Part shown: piece after piece, positions 1 through 14,510 of the stretch
How positions within the stretch are numbered: the first letter of the stretch is position 1
Layout: every line of letters starts with the position of its first letter
NCBI GenBank assembly: GCA_965603825.1
Contig: CBFDEM010000001.1
Coordinates: forward strand, 186,001 to 250,000
Reading direction: 5' to 3'
Length of the DNA stretch: 64,000 bases
From: Blepharisma stoltei ATCC 30299
Taxonomy: Eukaryota; Protista; Ciliophora
Position numbers and translations under genes: made by a program
Notes under the pieces: model-generated
What the model was told of the DNA's origin: nothing
What the model saw: the letters and a program-made list of their open reading frames with translations, nothing else
Databases searched by the model: none

Positions 1-200
1 ATTTTTGAATATTAGTTAAGTCTTTAAAACATGTCTAACTAAACACATTTCAAACAAATCATTTGGATTCTCATTCTTTTTAATTTTCAAATCTTTAAAA
101 AAGCTATTCCGTAGCGTCATTGGGCTTTAATCCTAGTTTCTTCGACTAAAAGCATATTAAGTTTCCAAAATAAAGCTTTTTGATTATACCTTTTTATTTA
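1..200 (-). mobile_element. Degenerate 3' remnant of a non-LTR retrotransposon, copy 1 (cut by window edge; boundaries approximate)
   Basis: Similar to 9300-9680 and 14648-15170. The minus strand reads ENPNDLFEMCLVR, a decayed form of the CCHC motif in the 15 kb copy. Confidence 0.5.
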
Positions 201-245
201 AAAGTCATTAATTATAATAAAGTCTTATTAAAGAGGCTATTAAAA

Positions 246-3200
246 CTAGAGATTTAACCTTGATGAAGAATTTGGAGCATAGCTATTAAAAGCATTATTT
301 CTTGCAACTTCTTTTCTTATTTTATTGATGTCGGCTGCTGAAACATGGCTTCCCATTAAAAATTTGAAAAATATTGTAATGTCTGCTCCTTTGTCAGTAA
401 TTAGTAAACTTGGAAGCCATTTGCATTGAACTATTATCCCAGCTATTATTAAGATAAGCCAGAGTGAATATTGCATCATACGCCATAATAGTAGTGAATC
501 AAATTTTATGAGTCAATAAAGAGATGATAAAATAAAATTCCACGAAATTGCTAAATATGACATGATCTGCCAAAGATTCATCCTGCTATAATTGTAAGAG
601 TTTTGCTTTAAGCTAATTACAATTAAGATAAGTAGAAGGATAATGCAGCAAAGCCCATGCAGAGATTCATTATAAATTTTTATTGTCTTATTAATAGAAA
701 CTATGATTACTTGAAAAATAGACTTTTCTACAATAAAAAGAGGATTTGTTTTTATATTGATATGATCATTAACATTCTCGTAATATTCCCGAAAATAAAT
801 TGTCAAAGGGATATAAGTGGCTAAAAAAATTATTGAAAGAGCTCCTCATATAGAGTATTTTTGGGTTCAGCAATATGTTGTACAATCATTTTTTATAAAA
901 GAATCAGTAATGCTCGAGCCTATTCCTTTATCACATTGAAAAATGCTTAAAAGGACGGAAATCATTGGCACAAATAACAAATCTCCAATTATAGGTAGCA
1001 AAAGTAAAGATATTTTTCTAGCATGTCTCAACATCCAGTTATCACATATTTTCAGTTTAAATATTAAAATAAAAGCTGAAAATATTCAAAAGCAAGCAAT
1101 AATCATTGCAGAATATAAATAAATTCAGTAATTATCTCCTGAAACTGAAGAATCAAAATGAATAAGTGAATAGCCACAAGCTTTTGATAATCACATATAT
1201 AAATCACTTATGTCTGGCCCTTGAGATATAAATTGGAAAAAATCAGCAGCCATAATTCCCATAAGAATATAGTCCTCAAAATGTATATGGGCAGCTGTGG
1301 TCAATTGTTTTATCTTGATATTTTTTCAAAACTTTTTTCATATAGCAAATGCTGTAATGATTGTAAAAGCTACCACTGCAGCTGATATTCCATATAGTAT
1401 TTTAGCGCCGCTATTTGAATTAAAAATTTTGCTTTTAGGAAATGGGCAATCATTCTCATACACTATTGTGTCTGTAGGAATTACAGTTGTGTTATCATAT
1501 CACAAAATGCTCTTATATAAAGTAATCAATTGCGCACTATTAATGTCATATTGACCTACAAGTTCCTCATATAGAGATTGAATTCTCTCGTCCCATCTCA
1601 AGCTATATATGCCTAGAGTTGGAAAACTTCTCTGATTACCTCCAGACTCAATAGAAACAATCCCAGAACAGCCTAAAAACTTTTGTTTCCTCAGGTTGCT
1701 ATTTAGCACTTTATAATTCTTAACATTCTCACCTTGCTTTATTGTAAACTCAATTCCATTTAAAAGTAGCATTGCAGCATCAAAAGCCCAGCAGCCAAAA
1801 TCTCTATGATTTCCATACTTCTTTACAAAACCATTTTTAACCGTTTCCCCATATTCTCCAATCCATTCAGTTTGTGCTACAACAATTCCTCCATACGAGA
1901 GCTCCAAAAGCTTTCTTCTTTGCTCAATGTCAGTTTCTAATGATAATCCATATGCAAGCTTATTGCTAGATAAAAAAATTGTATCCCCTTGTCTTAATCC
2001 TGCATCATAAAAGCTTTCGGCTATATATAATGAATAAGGAGGAGTCAAAAATATTACAAAAAGCCTTACTTTTAGGCTAATTATTTCAGCAAACCAGTCC
2101 TTTCATATTGGATATTTATCTCTAGTATAATCATTGTCTATTTTTTGTAATTCAGGTCTATTAGCAATTTTAATATTGAATTTTTCTGCCAACGCAATAA
2201 AGTATAAATAAGTGTTTTTATTATTATCATCATAAAGCACGATAAATTTTTTTCAGCCAAAAATAACAGCCAAATCCAATATTACTTGTGAGTTAAATCT
2301 TTCGTCTCTTATAACAGTCATAAATTCAGGAAAAGCAGTTTTATTTTGAGTAAGACTTGAAGTTGCATATGGAGAAACGTTAGGGATTGAACAATTTAGA
2401 GATCTTAAAGCATATATATATAAAATGTTAGTTCATGGAGCAAATGAGCTTAGAAAGCCAACAGCAGGAATGGTCACTAATTTAGCAAAACAAGAAAAAC
2501 CGCTTGCTTGGTCATTTAATATCATGCCACAGTTGCAGGGTGTGGTTGTTATTTCAAAGCCATCTAAAGAGTGAAGGGTTTTATAGTAATCTAAAGCATA
2601 AAATTTTCCAATTGTTAGTGTATCCGGTGCAGATAGACTTCAACTTGAATTATCGTATCATATATTGATAGAAGTAGTGGGAGAGTTTGGAATTGCTAGT
2701 GAATTTCCTGGATATTTTAAAGGGTTCACTATATATAGTGTATCATTAGCAATGTTCCCCGATATGACTTTTAGGTTATTTTGAATATTCAGAAGTGAAA
2801 ATTTTGGAATTGGATGACGGTCGATTGTATTTTTCATTAAAAATTCAAGCAAGTCTGAATTTTCAGAAGTTTGAGAAAAACTAAGCACAAGCTTTAAAAA
2901 ATTGATTATTGCTAAACTTTCATAGCTGATATTGCTATCAGCTGTTTCTAATCCTGATTCTGTATAAGAAACAACTCCATTTCCATATAAGCCTCAAGAG
3001 CCTTCACTTCCTACAATAACTCCAGTACTAAAGCTAAGCAAATCTAATTTTTCTAAGCTTTTCAAGAACAATTTTGTGCTTTCACCTTTATTTAATATGA
3101 CAATATTTTTAACTCCCATAGGTTGAATTGCTCTTCCTATAAATAAATCTGCTGATTTTTCATCATTGCTATTTGAGAAATAGAATCAATGATAATCTTT

Positions 3201-3664
3201 ATCAAAAAAATAATCATAAAACTCATCACTCTTGCTATAAGTTTCATCAGATATCACTATAAATGTTTGTCAATTTAGGTAAGAAATAATAGAATGTAAA
3301 ATTTTTATCTGATTTTCCCATGAATTATGCATAAAAAACTCTCAATTGCTATATAAAAAAGTTGGCTTGGCAATAGAGCCGATAATAAAATGCTGTATTT
3401 CAGCAAGTTTTTTGATTGATTCTCGCAATGAAGCGCTGAAGGTAAGGTCAAAAACTATATCAGGGTTATTTATAGCTAGGCCAATATCTCAAAAGTCCAC
3501 TAAGGAAACCATATTAAATTGAAATTCATCTTGGAAATTTTTCTCCAGCATTACTTTCAGGCTCGAAGCAAAGTCTTGTTCTGTGTAAGGACTGTAAATT
3601 ATATCAACAATTAGCTGCCCTTCAACAAAAATAATTGATAATAAAGCCTTTAAAAAAAAACCAT
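246..3664 (-). CDS. Tandem Venus-flytrap-like (periplasmic-binding type 1) + ~9-TM receptor, copy A; start out of frame at an A9 run
   Basis: ORF pieces 246-479, 513-806, 1500-2048 and 2658-2888 share one frame and join with TGA=Trp. Close paralog of 9713-13150 and 15213-18623. The ATG at 3664 is 1 nt out of frame across the A9 run at 3652-3660. Confidence 0.8.
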
Positions 3665-3799
3665 TCAATAATTAATTTATCGCTTGATTATTATGAAGTA
3701 ATTAACAATTTATTAATTTAATTGTCTAAAATTACTTACTCAACTCTTTTTTTTACGTTTTATACAAAAAAGTTTATTATTATAGGCTATAAAATTAAA

Positions 3800-4347
3800 C
3801 ACCTATTTTTTGCCGAAAAACCTAGGAATTTCTTTCTTTTGACTTTTTTTCAAAGTTTATTATATTAAAATAATTCTTATTGTTTAACACCCCTAGCGAT
3901 TGGACTATGCTCTTTTGTTATATGGATTATTAACTGTCTTCATAGGAAAAATTAAGGGATTTAAAAAATGATTATATATCAACATGTGTGATTTTACTTT
4001 TTTTAGCCCATCCAAACATTGTAAAAATAATGTTTAGTGCATTTAGATGTAAGCAAATAAACTCGCTAGAATTTGACTTAAAGAAGACTACGACATTAGA
4101 TGATGGAATAAAAAGAGGTTTTCTATTTCTGCTCCTTATATTAAAATCTGAGGTGAGGGGTAAGGGTTTTAATTAATGGGATCGGAAATCCAACCCCACT
4201 TACTCGTTATAATCTGAGGTATTGAAATATTAGCTTTATGCTTGCTTAACTTGTTTAAAGATAGAAACTTAAAGAAATTGGCTCAATATTTATATTTGGG
4301 TTTTTAAACAGCTAAAAAAATCATGCTATTACTGGGAATTTATTATA
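3800..4347 (+). pseudogene. Decayed TM-region fragment of the LNR/beta-helix gene
   Basis: ILLFLAHPNIVKIMFSAFRCKQINS and SCYYWEFII match about 26690-27185; frameshifted. Start approximate. Confidence 0.8.
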
Positions 4348-4990
4348 CTTTTAAGTATTTTTGAATGCGATAAAGGAATAGGCTCAAATATTTCTGATTT
4401 TTTTATAAAGTATGACTGCACAGCTTATTGCTGGAAGCATAATTACTCTGTATGGGCAGTTTTTTCAATAATATCTATAACACTATTTATTCCTTTAGCA
4501 CTTTTTTTCAGAAATTATTATGAAAATATTAATAGCCATATTAATATAAAGACCAGGCCTATTTTTATTATAGAAAAAACAGTTTTTCAAGTTATTATAA
4601 TTGTCATGAATAAAACTGTAAAACATTATGATGAAGCCTTGACCATTTCGTATTTTGCAATTTTGTTGAATTTTATATTGCCATCGCTTTATTGACTTAT
4701 AAGATTTGATAATTGAATAGTGTGATTTATAATAGAATGGTTAGTTTGACTTCTTCTAATAATAGTTGGGATAATATACCAATGGAAATCGCTTCCAAGC
4801 TTATTGCTGACTGATAAGGGAATAGATATAGCAATATTTTTGAAATTTGGACTGGGAAGTCAGATTTCTGCTAAAGAGATAAATTAAATGAAAAAAGAAA
4901 CTTTGGATAATAATTATTTAGGTATCTCGAAGACTCCGAATTTGATGAGCTGTCCAATGTTTCTAGCTGTAGATTGAATCAGCACTCAGA
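4348..4990 (+). pseudogene. C-terminal fragment of a VFT-9TM receptor, fused in frame to the preceding fragment
   Basis: Reads LLSIFECDKGIGSNISDFFIKYDCTAYCWKH...LPSLLLTDKGIDIAIFLKF, with an internal deletion and a premature TAA near 4885. Confidence 0.8.
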
Positions 4991-5229
4991 CTTTGACAAC
5001 TAAAATTTTATTCATTATGGAGGTTAAACAATTTAATATAATATTATCAATATTACATTAACTAAGGGCTGTAATAAATCAGCACTAAAAACCTTCTCCA
5101 GCTATTACACTGCCTTCATTTTTGAATTTAAATTTTATAATAAAATCATTTAGTGTTAATTTCAATTTAAAATTAATTTTATTAACTGTTTGATATTTTA
5201 CTTTATGGATTTATTATCTATAATTCAAT

Positions 5230-5665
5230 TTGCTAGTACAAATTTTAAGAATAAACATATTTTCTGATTAATTTATTGCCAATAAGCAGATGATAAAATA
5301 AAATTGAAAAAAGGAGATATTAGATTGCCAGCATAAAATTTATCCTGCTATAATTATAAGAGCTTGTTTAACACAAATGACCATCATGAATGAGAAAAAG
5401 GATAATATAGCAAAGAATATGATAAATCCATCGTAAATCTTTATGGTTTTATTCATAGAGATTATAATGACTTGGAAATAGTTTTTCTATTATTAAAAAG
5501 GGGCTTGCTTTTATGTTGATATGATATTATATCCTCTTAATATTGTCTAAAATAAATGGAAAAGTGGAAAGAAACCATTGATAAGGCTCCTTATAGCGCA
5601 TATTTATGATGCAATCCAGTCGTGCTTAATAAAAGAATCATCAATATTTGAACCTATTCTATTTA
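5230..5665 (-). pseudogene. Inverted degraded fragment of the VFT-9TM receptor TM region
   Basis: Nucleotide similarity to about 520-930 (e.g. tcctgctataatt.taagag, aaaagaatca...gaacctattc) with indels. Boundaries approximate. Confidence 0.65.
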
Positions 5666-5803
5666 AAAGAAAAATCTATATTTATCGTTAAACATGAAAA
5701 TACCTCACAAAATCATAAAATGAGTTTTATCCAATTCTTTTATGCAAAATTTAAATATGTTAAAAATCAAATTCTGATATCAATATTTAATACTAAATAA
5801 TCA

Positions 5804-8800
5804 ATGTGGGGTTTATGAATTATATCTCTCTCAATTCTTCTTACAAAATCTCAATTAATTGTTGATATAATTGTAAGCTCTTTTAAAGATTCACAACTAG
5901 CTTCAAATTTTACGGCTTTGGTGCAACAAAATTTTCAAGATCGATTTTCATTTAATTTAGTTCCCATTGGAAACATTTGGGATATTGAAAATCTTGTGGA
6001 TATTCCAGATATAATTTTTGATATGACTTTTAGCACTTCTTTTTCAAAATCAATAATGCAGCTTGCCGAAGAAAAACATATAATTTTAGTTAAAACTAGT
6101 AAGCCAGCTAGTATATATTCCAATTGGGAATTTTTTACTCACAATTCATGGGAAAACAAAATTGAAGCTTTATCAAGTGTCCTTTTGTATTTAAATTGGA
6201 CAACTTTTATAGTGATTTCTGATGAAATTTATATTCAAGATAATTATTTTTCAAAAAAAGATTGCCAATGATTTTATTTCTCAAATAGCAACAATAAAAA
6301 TTCCGCAGATCTATTTATAGGAAAACAAATTCAGCCTACTGGGGTTAGAAATATCGTGATATTGAATAAAGGAGAAAGCACAAGAATGCTTTTGCAAAGT
6401 TTAGGAGAGCATAATTTTCTTACTAATGGGACTGGGGTATTGGTAGGAAATGAAGGTTCATGAAATTTATATGGAAATGGAGTCATTTCTTATACAGAAT
6501 CAGGATTAGAAAATGCTGATAGTTATTATAGTTATGAAGGCTTAGCACTTATAAAATTTTTAAATTTGGTTCTTGAATGCCCTTCAGGGTCGGGTCCTTT
6601 AGATTTGGTTGAATTTTTAGATAAAAATACAGTTGATCATCATCCTATATCTAACTTTACTTTATTGAATTTCAAGAATAATGAAAAGATTATAGCAGGG
6701 AATATTTTTAACGGAAATTTGACCATTTCAAAGTCTTTAAATTTTCCAGGAGATTCTTCAATAATTCCAAACTCTCCTACTACGGATGTAAATATATGAA
6801 TTGCAGATGGAACAACAAATCCAGGAGCTGATCCTGAACTATTGGCAACAACTGTGACATATGCCGAGTTTTATGCATTAAGCTATTGAAACAGTATACA
6901 TGCCTTAGATGGCTTTGAAATCACAGTTACGGACACAGACTGTGGGGTAACAATATACAATGCAGATTATGCGTATTCTTGCTTTTCTAAATTACTTGAA
7001 ACCCCTGGAGTTGGATATTTAACCTCTCTTTATCCATGGATGACTATTGGCTATATTTATACATTGAGATATCTCAATTGTTCAATGCCTCATATTTCTC
7101 CATATGCCCCTTCCACTGTTACAGAAAATTATACAGCATTTCCTGAATTTATGACAGTCATAAAAGATGTAACATTCAATACCCAAGTCATTTTAAACCT
7201 CGCAGTGATTTTTGGTTGAAAAAATTTTGTAGTAATTTATGACGATGCAGGTATAGTGATGTATAATTATTTTGTTGCGCAACTAAAAAAATTCAATATG
7301 AGGATTGTAAATCCTCCAGAATTGCAAAAAATTGATACGTACTATACTAGAAATGATTATCCGAAATGAAAATATTGGTTCGAGGGGATAATAAAGCTAA
7401 GAGCCAGACTTATGGTAGGGTTTTTGACACCTCCTTATTGAATGTATGTGACTGAAAGCTTTTATGATGCTGGGATGAGGAGAAGCGATTGAATCTTTTT
7501 AGCTAACGCGAGACTTGCTTATTCACTTTCATGGGAAACTGATGAAGTTCAGCGTAGAAAGCTTATTAATTTATTGTATGGAGGAATTGTTATTGCCCAG
7601 GCTGAATGGATTGGAGATTATGGACAAATGCTGAGGGATGGCTTTATAAAAGCTTATATCAACGACACAGATTTTCGCTGTTTAGCATTTGATTCTGCAA
7701 TGCTGCTTCTGCATGGGATAGAATTTACTATACAAAAAGGTCAAAATGTTAAGGATTATGGAGTAATAAACGCAAATTTAAGAAAACAGAAATTTGCAGG
7801 GTGCTCTGGGACAATATCAATTGAGCCAGGAGGTAATCAGAGGAGTCTGCCCACAATTGGAATTCATAACCTAAAATGGGATGAGAGCTCTGGTAAAATA
7901 TATGAGGATCTTGTCGGAGAGTACGATCTCAGCAGTGCTCAGTTAATCACTTTTTATAAGGCTATTGTATGATATGATAACACCACAAATGTGCCGACTG
8001 ATATTATAGAGTATGAAAATGGCTGCCCATTTCCAGCTAAAATTATTTCTCGGTCTGGTAAAGGCTCTGGAGTTTTATATGGAGTTTCTTCTGCATTGAT
8101 AATTATTTCGATAATCGAGGCATTTATTATGTGGGAAAAGTTATGAAGCTACCTATGCATTAATAAATTAACGATACAATCTTTGGTGCAGTTTGAAGAT
8201 TATATTTTGATGGCAATAGTAGCAATAGATTTTTTTCAATTTCTATCTCAAGGGCCAGATATAAGTGGGCGGAATAAATGGCTGTCCTTATTGTGCACTT
8301 ATTCACTGATTAATTTTGATTATACAGTTACGGGAGATGCTTATTGGGTTTACTTGTATACAGCTATGGGGATTTCCTGCTACTTGATTTTTACATTCAT
8401 TTTATTATTTTATAGGATTAAAAATTGTCTAAGAATTATGCTGCAGCATATTAAAAGCCTTTCTTTGCTATTTTTACCTTTGATTGGAAATATAGCATTT
8501 TTACCTATGGTTTCAGTTCTTTTAAGCATCTTTCAATGTGACCAAGGAATTAGTTCAGATCTTACTGATTCATTTATAAGACAAGACTGCAATACTTATT
8601 GTTGAGATAATAAATATATATTATGAGGAATCTTCTCCATAGCTTCACTAGTGACTTATATCCCTCTTTCTTTATATTTCAGACATTATTTTGAAAACAT
8701 TAATGAAAATACTAATATCAAAACTAAGCCACTTTTTATTATAGAGAAAACAATTTTTCAGATTATTATTGTAGTCCTGAATAAAACATTAAAAATTTAC

Positions 8801-9259
8801 GATGAATCTTTACATGGGCTGTGCTGTATAATTCTATTTATCATTTTAATTGCCCTATGCCATATACAAAGACCTTATAACTATCATAGAATGAACTTGT
8901 GGCTGATTATATCATATCTGGCTATTTTATGAAGCTTTATATTGTCAACTGTTTATTGAATCATAAAATTTGACTCAATAATACTCTGGTTAACTCTTCA
9001 ATACTCAGGATTCTTCATATTTATAGCTGCAGGCATTGCGATTCAATGCAAATGATGCCCAAGCTTGCTCTATACAGAAAAACCAGTAGACATTGCAGTC
9101 TTTTTCAAATTTTCATTGGGAAACAAGATAGCTGCTACAGAGATTAATAAAATGAAAAAAACGCTGATGGAGATTCAAAACTCATCAAAAATGAGAACTT
9201 CAATTATTGATTCCCAATCAATTGTTTATACGTCCAAAGCAGTTATGATATCTGAATAA
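5804..9259 (+). CDS. Tandem Venus-flytrap-like + ~9-TM receptor, copy B (~1151 aa)
   Basis: ATG 5804 gives the signal-like MWGLWIISLSILLTKSQLIVD. All six ORF pieces share one frame and end at TAA 9259. Motifs include AFDSAMLLLHG, FAGCSGTISI, CPF and the TM block. Confidence 0.88.
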
Positions 9260-9299
9260 TTTAAAGATTAAGCTGTACTTATGAATTATTAATGATCAA

Positions 9300-9680
9300 A
9301 TTAATAGTAATAAAATCAATTCATTCGAATTTGTATGTTTCTCGTTCTGCCATTCTTGCAGCTTAGTTTTATCTACTAGCAATAAGTAATAATGTTTTAC
9401 ATTAAAATAATCTACTCCAACCGCATCTTTTCGTCCATTAATAAAATTCCTTCTTTCTATTTTGAATCTTGGTCAAGTATTAAAAGCATGGTATTCAGTT
9501 TCTCTAATAAGCACATTTCACAGAAATCATTTGGATTCTCATTTTTTTAATATTACATTTTTAAATCTTTAAAGGTTTTATTCCGTAGTGTCATTGGGCT
9601 TTAATCCTGGCTTCCTTTATTAAATGCATATTAAGTTTCCAAAATATATTTTTTGATTTTCCATTTTTGATTTAAAGTTA
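9300..9680 (-). mobile_element. Degenerate 3' remnant of a non-LTR retrotransposon, copy 2
   Basis: The minus strand gives ARIKAQWHYGIKPLKI..ENPNDFCEMCL/RETEYHAFNTWPRFKIERRNF (frameshifted). Confidence 0.6.
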
Positions 9681-9712
9681 TTGATTATAATAAAGTCTTA
9701 TTAAAGAAGCTA

Positions 9713-12700
9713 TTAAAACTGGATATTTAATCTTGATGAAGAATTTGGAGTCTGGCTATTAGAAAAATTATTTCTTGCAACTTCTTTTCTGATTTTATTG
9801 ATATCAGCTGCTGAAACTTGGCTCCCCATTAAAAATTTGAAAAATATTGTAATATCTGCTCCTTTGTCAGTAATTAGTAAACTTGGAAGCCATTTGCATT
9901 GAATTATTATACCAGCTATTAACAAGATAAGCCAGAGTGAATATTGCATCATACGCCATAATAGTAGTGAATCAAATTTTGTGAGTCAATAAAGAGATGA
10001 TAAAATAAAATTCCACAAAATTGCTAAATAGGAAATGATCAGCCAAAGATTCATCCTGCTATAATTGTAAGAATTTTGCTTTAAGCTAATCACAATTAAG
10101 ATAAGTATAAGCATAATGCAGCAAAGACCATGTAAAGATTCACTATAAATTTTTATCGTCTTGCTCATAGAAACTATGATTACTTGAAAAATAGACTTTT
10201 CTATAATTAAAAGGGGATTTGTTTTGATATTGATATGATCATTAACATTCTCGTAATATTCCCGAAAATAAATTGTCAATGGGATATAAGTGGCTAAAAA
10301 AATAATTGAAAGAGCTCCTCATATAGAGTATTTTTGGGTTCAGCAATATGTTGTACAATCATTTTTTATAAAAGAATCAGTAATGCTCGAGCCTATTCCT
10401 TTATCGCATTGAAAAATGCTTAAAAGGACGGAAATCATTGGCACAAATAACAAGTTTCCAATTATAGGTAGCAAAAGTAAAGATATTTTTCTAGCATATC
10501 TCAGCATCCAGCTATCACATATTTTCAGTTTAAATATTAAAATAAAAGCTGAAAATATTCAAAAGCAAGCAATAATCATTGCAGAATACAAATATATTCA
10601 GTAAATATCTCCTGTAACTGAAGAATCAAAATGGATAAGTGAATAGCTACAAGCTTTTGATAATCACATATATAAATCACTTATGTCTGGCCCTTGAGAT
10701 ATAAATTGGAAAAAATCAGCAGCGATAATTCCCATAAGAATATAGTCTTCAAAATGTATATGAGCAGCTATGCTCAATTGTTTTATCGTGATATTTTTTC
10801 AAAACTTTTTTCATACAGCAAATGCTGTAATGATTGTAAAAATTACCACTGCAGCTGATATTCCATAAAGTATTTTAGCGCCGCTATTTGAATTAATAAT
10901 TTTGCTTTTAGGAAATGGGCAGCCATTTTCATAGACTATTGTGTCTGTAGGTATTACAGTTGTGTTGTCATATCATAAAATGCTCTTATATAAAGTAATC
11001 AATTGAGCACTATTAATGTCATATTGCCCTACAAGCTCCTCATATATAGATTGAATTCTCTCGTCCCATCTTAAGCTATATATTCCTAGAGTTGGAAAAC
11101 TTCTCTGATTACCCCCAGACTCAATAGACACAGTCCCAGAACAGCCTATAAACTTTTGCTTTCTCAGGTTGTTATTCAGCACTTCATAATTCTTAACATT
11201 TTCGCCTTGCTTTATTGTAAACTCAATTCCATTTAAAAGTAGCATTGCAGCATCAAAAGCCCAGCAGCCAAAGTCTGTTTGATTTCCATACTTCTTTACA
11301 AAACCATTTTTAACCGTTTCCCCATATTCTCCAATCCATTCAGTTTGCGCTATCGCAATTCCTCCATACGAGAGCTCCAAAAGCTTTCGTCTTTGTTCAT
11401 TATCAGTCTCTAATGATAATCCATATGCAATCCTATTGTTAGACAAAAAAATGATATCACCTTGTCTTAATCCTGCATCATAAAAACTTTCAAATATGTA
11501 TAATGCATAAGGGGGACTCAAAAATATTACAAAAAGCCTTAATTTTAGGCTTATTATTTCAGCAAACCAGTCCTTTCATACTGGATATTTATCTCTTGTA
11601 TAATTATTGTCTATTTTTTGTAGTTCAGGTCTGTTAGCAATTTTAATATTTAATTTTTCTGCCAACGCAATAAAGTATAAATAAGTGTTTTTATTATTAT
11701 CATCATAAAGCACGATAACATTTTTTCAGCCAAAAATAACAGCCAAATCCAATATGACTTGTGAGTTAAATCTTTCGTCTTTTATAACAGTCATGAATTC
11801 AGGAAAAGTAGCTTTATTTTGAGTAAGACTTGAAGTCGCATATGGAGAAACGTTAGGGATTGAACACTTTAGAGATCTTAAAGCATATATATATAAAATG
11901 CTAGTTCATGGAGCAAATGAAGTTAGAAAACCAACAGCAGGGATCGTCACTAATTTAGCAAAACAAGAAAAACCGCTTGCTTGGTCATATATAATCATGC
12001 CACAGTTGCAAGGTGTGGTTGTTATTTTAAAGCCATCTAATGAGTGAAGGGTTTTATAGTAATCTAAAGCATAAAATTCTCCAATTGTTAGTGTATCTAG
12101 TGCAGATAGACTTCAACTTGAATTATCGTATCATATATTGATAGGAGTAGTAGGAGAGTTTGGAATTGCTAGTGAATTTCCTGGATATTTTAAAGGGCTC
12201 ATAATGTATAGCGTATTATTTGCAATACTCCCCGATATGACTTTTAGGTTATTTTGAATATTCAGAAGTGAAAATTTTGAAATTGGATGCCGGTCAATTG
12301 TATTTTTCATTAAAAAATCAAGCAAATCTGAATTGTCAGAAGTTTGAGAAAAACTAAGCACAAGCTTTAAAAAATTTATTATTGCTAAACTTTCATAGCT
12401 GATATTGCTATCAGCTGTTTCCAATCCTGATTCTGTATAAGAAACAACTCCATTTCCATATAAGCCTCAAGAGCCCTCACTTCCCACAATAACCCCAGTA
12501 CCAAAACCAAATAAATCTAATTTTTCTAAGCTTTTTAAAAGCAATTTTGTGCTTTCACCTTTATTTAATATGACAATATTTTTAACTCCGATAGGCTGAA
12601 TTGCTCTTCCTGTAAATAAATCTGCTGATCTTTCGTCGTTGGTGTTTGAGAAATAGAATCAACGATAATCTTTATCAAAAAAATAATCATAAAACTCATT

Positions 12701-13150
12701 ATTCTCGCTATAAGTTTCATCAGAGATCACTATAAATGTTTGCCAATTTAGGTAAGAAATAATAGAATATAAAGTTTTTATCTGATTTTCCCATGAATTA
12801 TGCATAAAAAACTCTCAGTTGCTATATAAAACAGCTGGCTTTGCAATAGAGCCAATAATAAAATGCTGTACTTCAGCAAGTTTTTTGATCGATTCTAGCA
12901 ATGAAGCGCTGAATGTAAGGTCAAAAACTATATCAGGGCTATTTATAGCTAGATCAATATCTCAAAAGTCCACTAAATAGACCAAATTAAATTCAAATTC
13001 GTTTTGGAAACTTTTCTCCAGCATTACTTTCAGGCTTGAAGCAAAGCCTTGTTCTGTGTAGGGACTGTAAATTATATCAACAATTAGCTGTCCTTCAACA
13101 AAAATAATTGATAATACTAAAGCCTTTAAAAGACCTATTCAATAACTCAT
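9713..13150 (-). CDS. Tandem Venus-flytrap-like + ~9-TM receptor, copy C (~1145 aa)
   Basis: ORF pieces share one frame with TGA=Trp. Start is ATG AGT TAT TGA ATA GGT CTT (MSYWIGLLKAL) at 13150; stop is TAA 9713. Confidence 0.87.
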
Positions 13151-13299
13151 TTATCACTTGATTATTATGCAGCAATTAGCAATTCATTCAACAAGTTTAA
13201 TTGTCTAAAATTAATCATCAAGCTATTTTTTTATGTTTTATATAAAGTTTATTATTATAGGTTACAAAATATTAAATAAAGCAAAAATATTCTTTGAAA

Positions 13300-14510
13300 A
13301 AGAAATTAAATATTTTTAGGATTTTTTTTTTTGACTTTTATTTTCAAAATTAATTTTATCAAATTGATTCTTATGAGTTTATCACCCTAGCAATTTGATT
13401 ATTATTGGAAAAGTTCGATTTCAGGAATGACAATTTTGCTCTTTTTAGTCCCCACAAATATTTAAAAAATAATTTTTAGTGTATTTAGCTGTAAGCAAAT
13501 AAACTTGGTAGAATTTGACTTAAAGAGGGCTACGATATTAAATGCTGGAATAAAAAAATGCTACTATTTCTGTTCATTTATTAATGTGAGGTATTGGGAT
13601 TCCAGCTTTATGCTTACTTAACTTTGCTAAAAATAAAAGGAAACTTAACGAAATTGGCCCAAGTCTCATGTTTGGATTTTTTTCAACAGCTAAACAAATC
13701 ATGCTATTACTGGGAATTCATTATTTTATACCGATAAATTCACTTTATTTGCTGCTCTGACATTTTAGCTAATGTTTCAGTAAGTGTCCAAGCTCTTACC
13801 GTAGCAATGTATTAATAGTCTGCCATTATCTTCAATACAGCAATAAGCCATATAATGCTTTATTCTTAAACAAAATGGAATTAAGTTAGTTTTTGTTTCA
13901 TCTGCAACAATTTATTGTGGGCTTTATTTTTAACAGATATTTAGATGAGGTCAGTAGATTTATATTTTTTTAATTATTGCGCTTTAAAATTTGTAATTTT
14001 ATACTATAGGTATTAAAACTAATGCAAACTGGATTGAGCATCTGTCAAAAAAATTGCCTTGCCTTAAAGAGCTTCGTTTCTCATATATAGCAGAGTTGAA
14101 TTCATAATTAAAAGCTGGCTATGACGAAAAATTATTATAAAACTCTAAAAAGGTCATAAAATAAAAAAGGAAGGTCAAGAGTTTAGTTTTATATTAAACT
14201 GCAAAAAAGCCCCTCTTCTATTTAATCTGAGTTGCAATGACAGATGTCTTTATAATCACGGTTCCAAAAGCTCTTGAAATTGAAGAAAGTCTAATTATCA
14301 TAAAGTTAAGGCTCAAATTTTCTGATACTATACATTGTAAAAACTCTGATAATGAGTTCGAATTGCAAACTTCAGCTAAAAGGATAAAAGAAAGTGAAAA
14401 AATGAACAAAAGACTGATTAAGAGTAGGAAGCAATAAAAGAAAGCGAGCATCAAGTGCCAGAAGATAATAGTGACTGAAGGGTGATTAATTACCTGATAT
14501 TTCAATTAAA
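13300..14510 (+). pseudogene. Decayed 3' part (TM region and tail) of the LNR/beta-helix gene
   Basis: Colinear with about 26690-27978 (gaaattggcccaag.ctcatgtttgg, agtgtccaagctcttaccgta), with many indels and stops. Confidence 0.8.
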
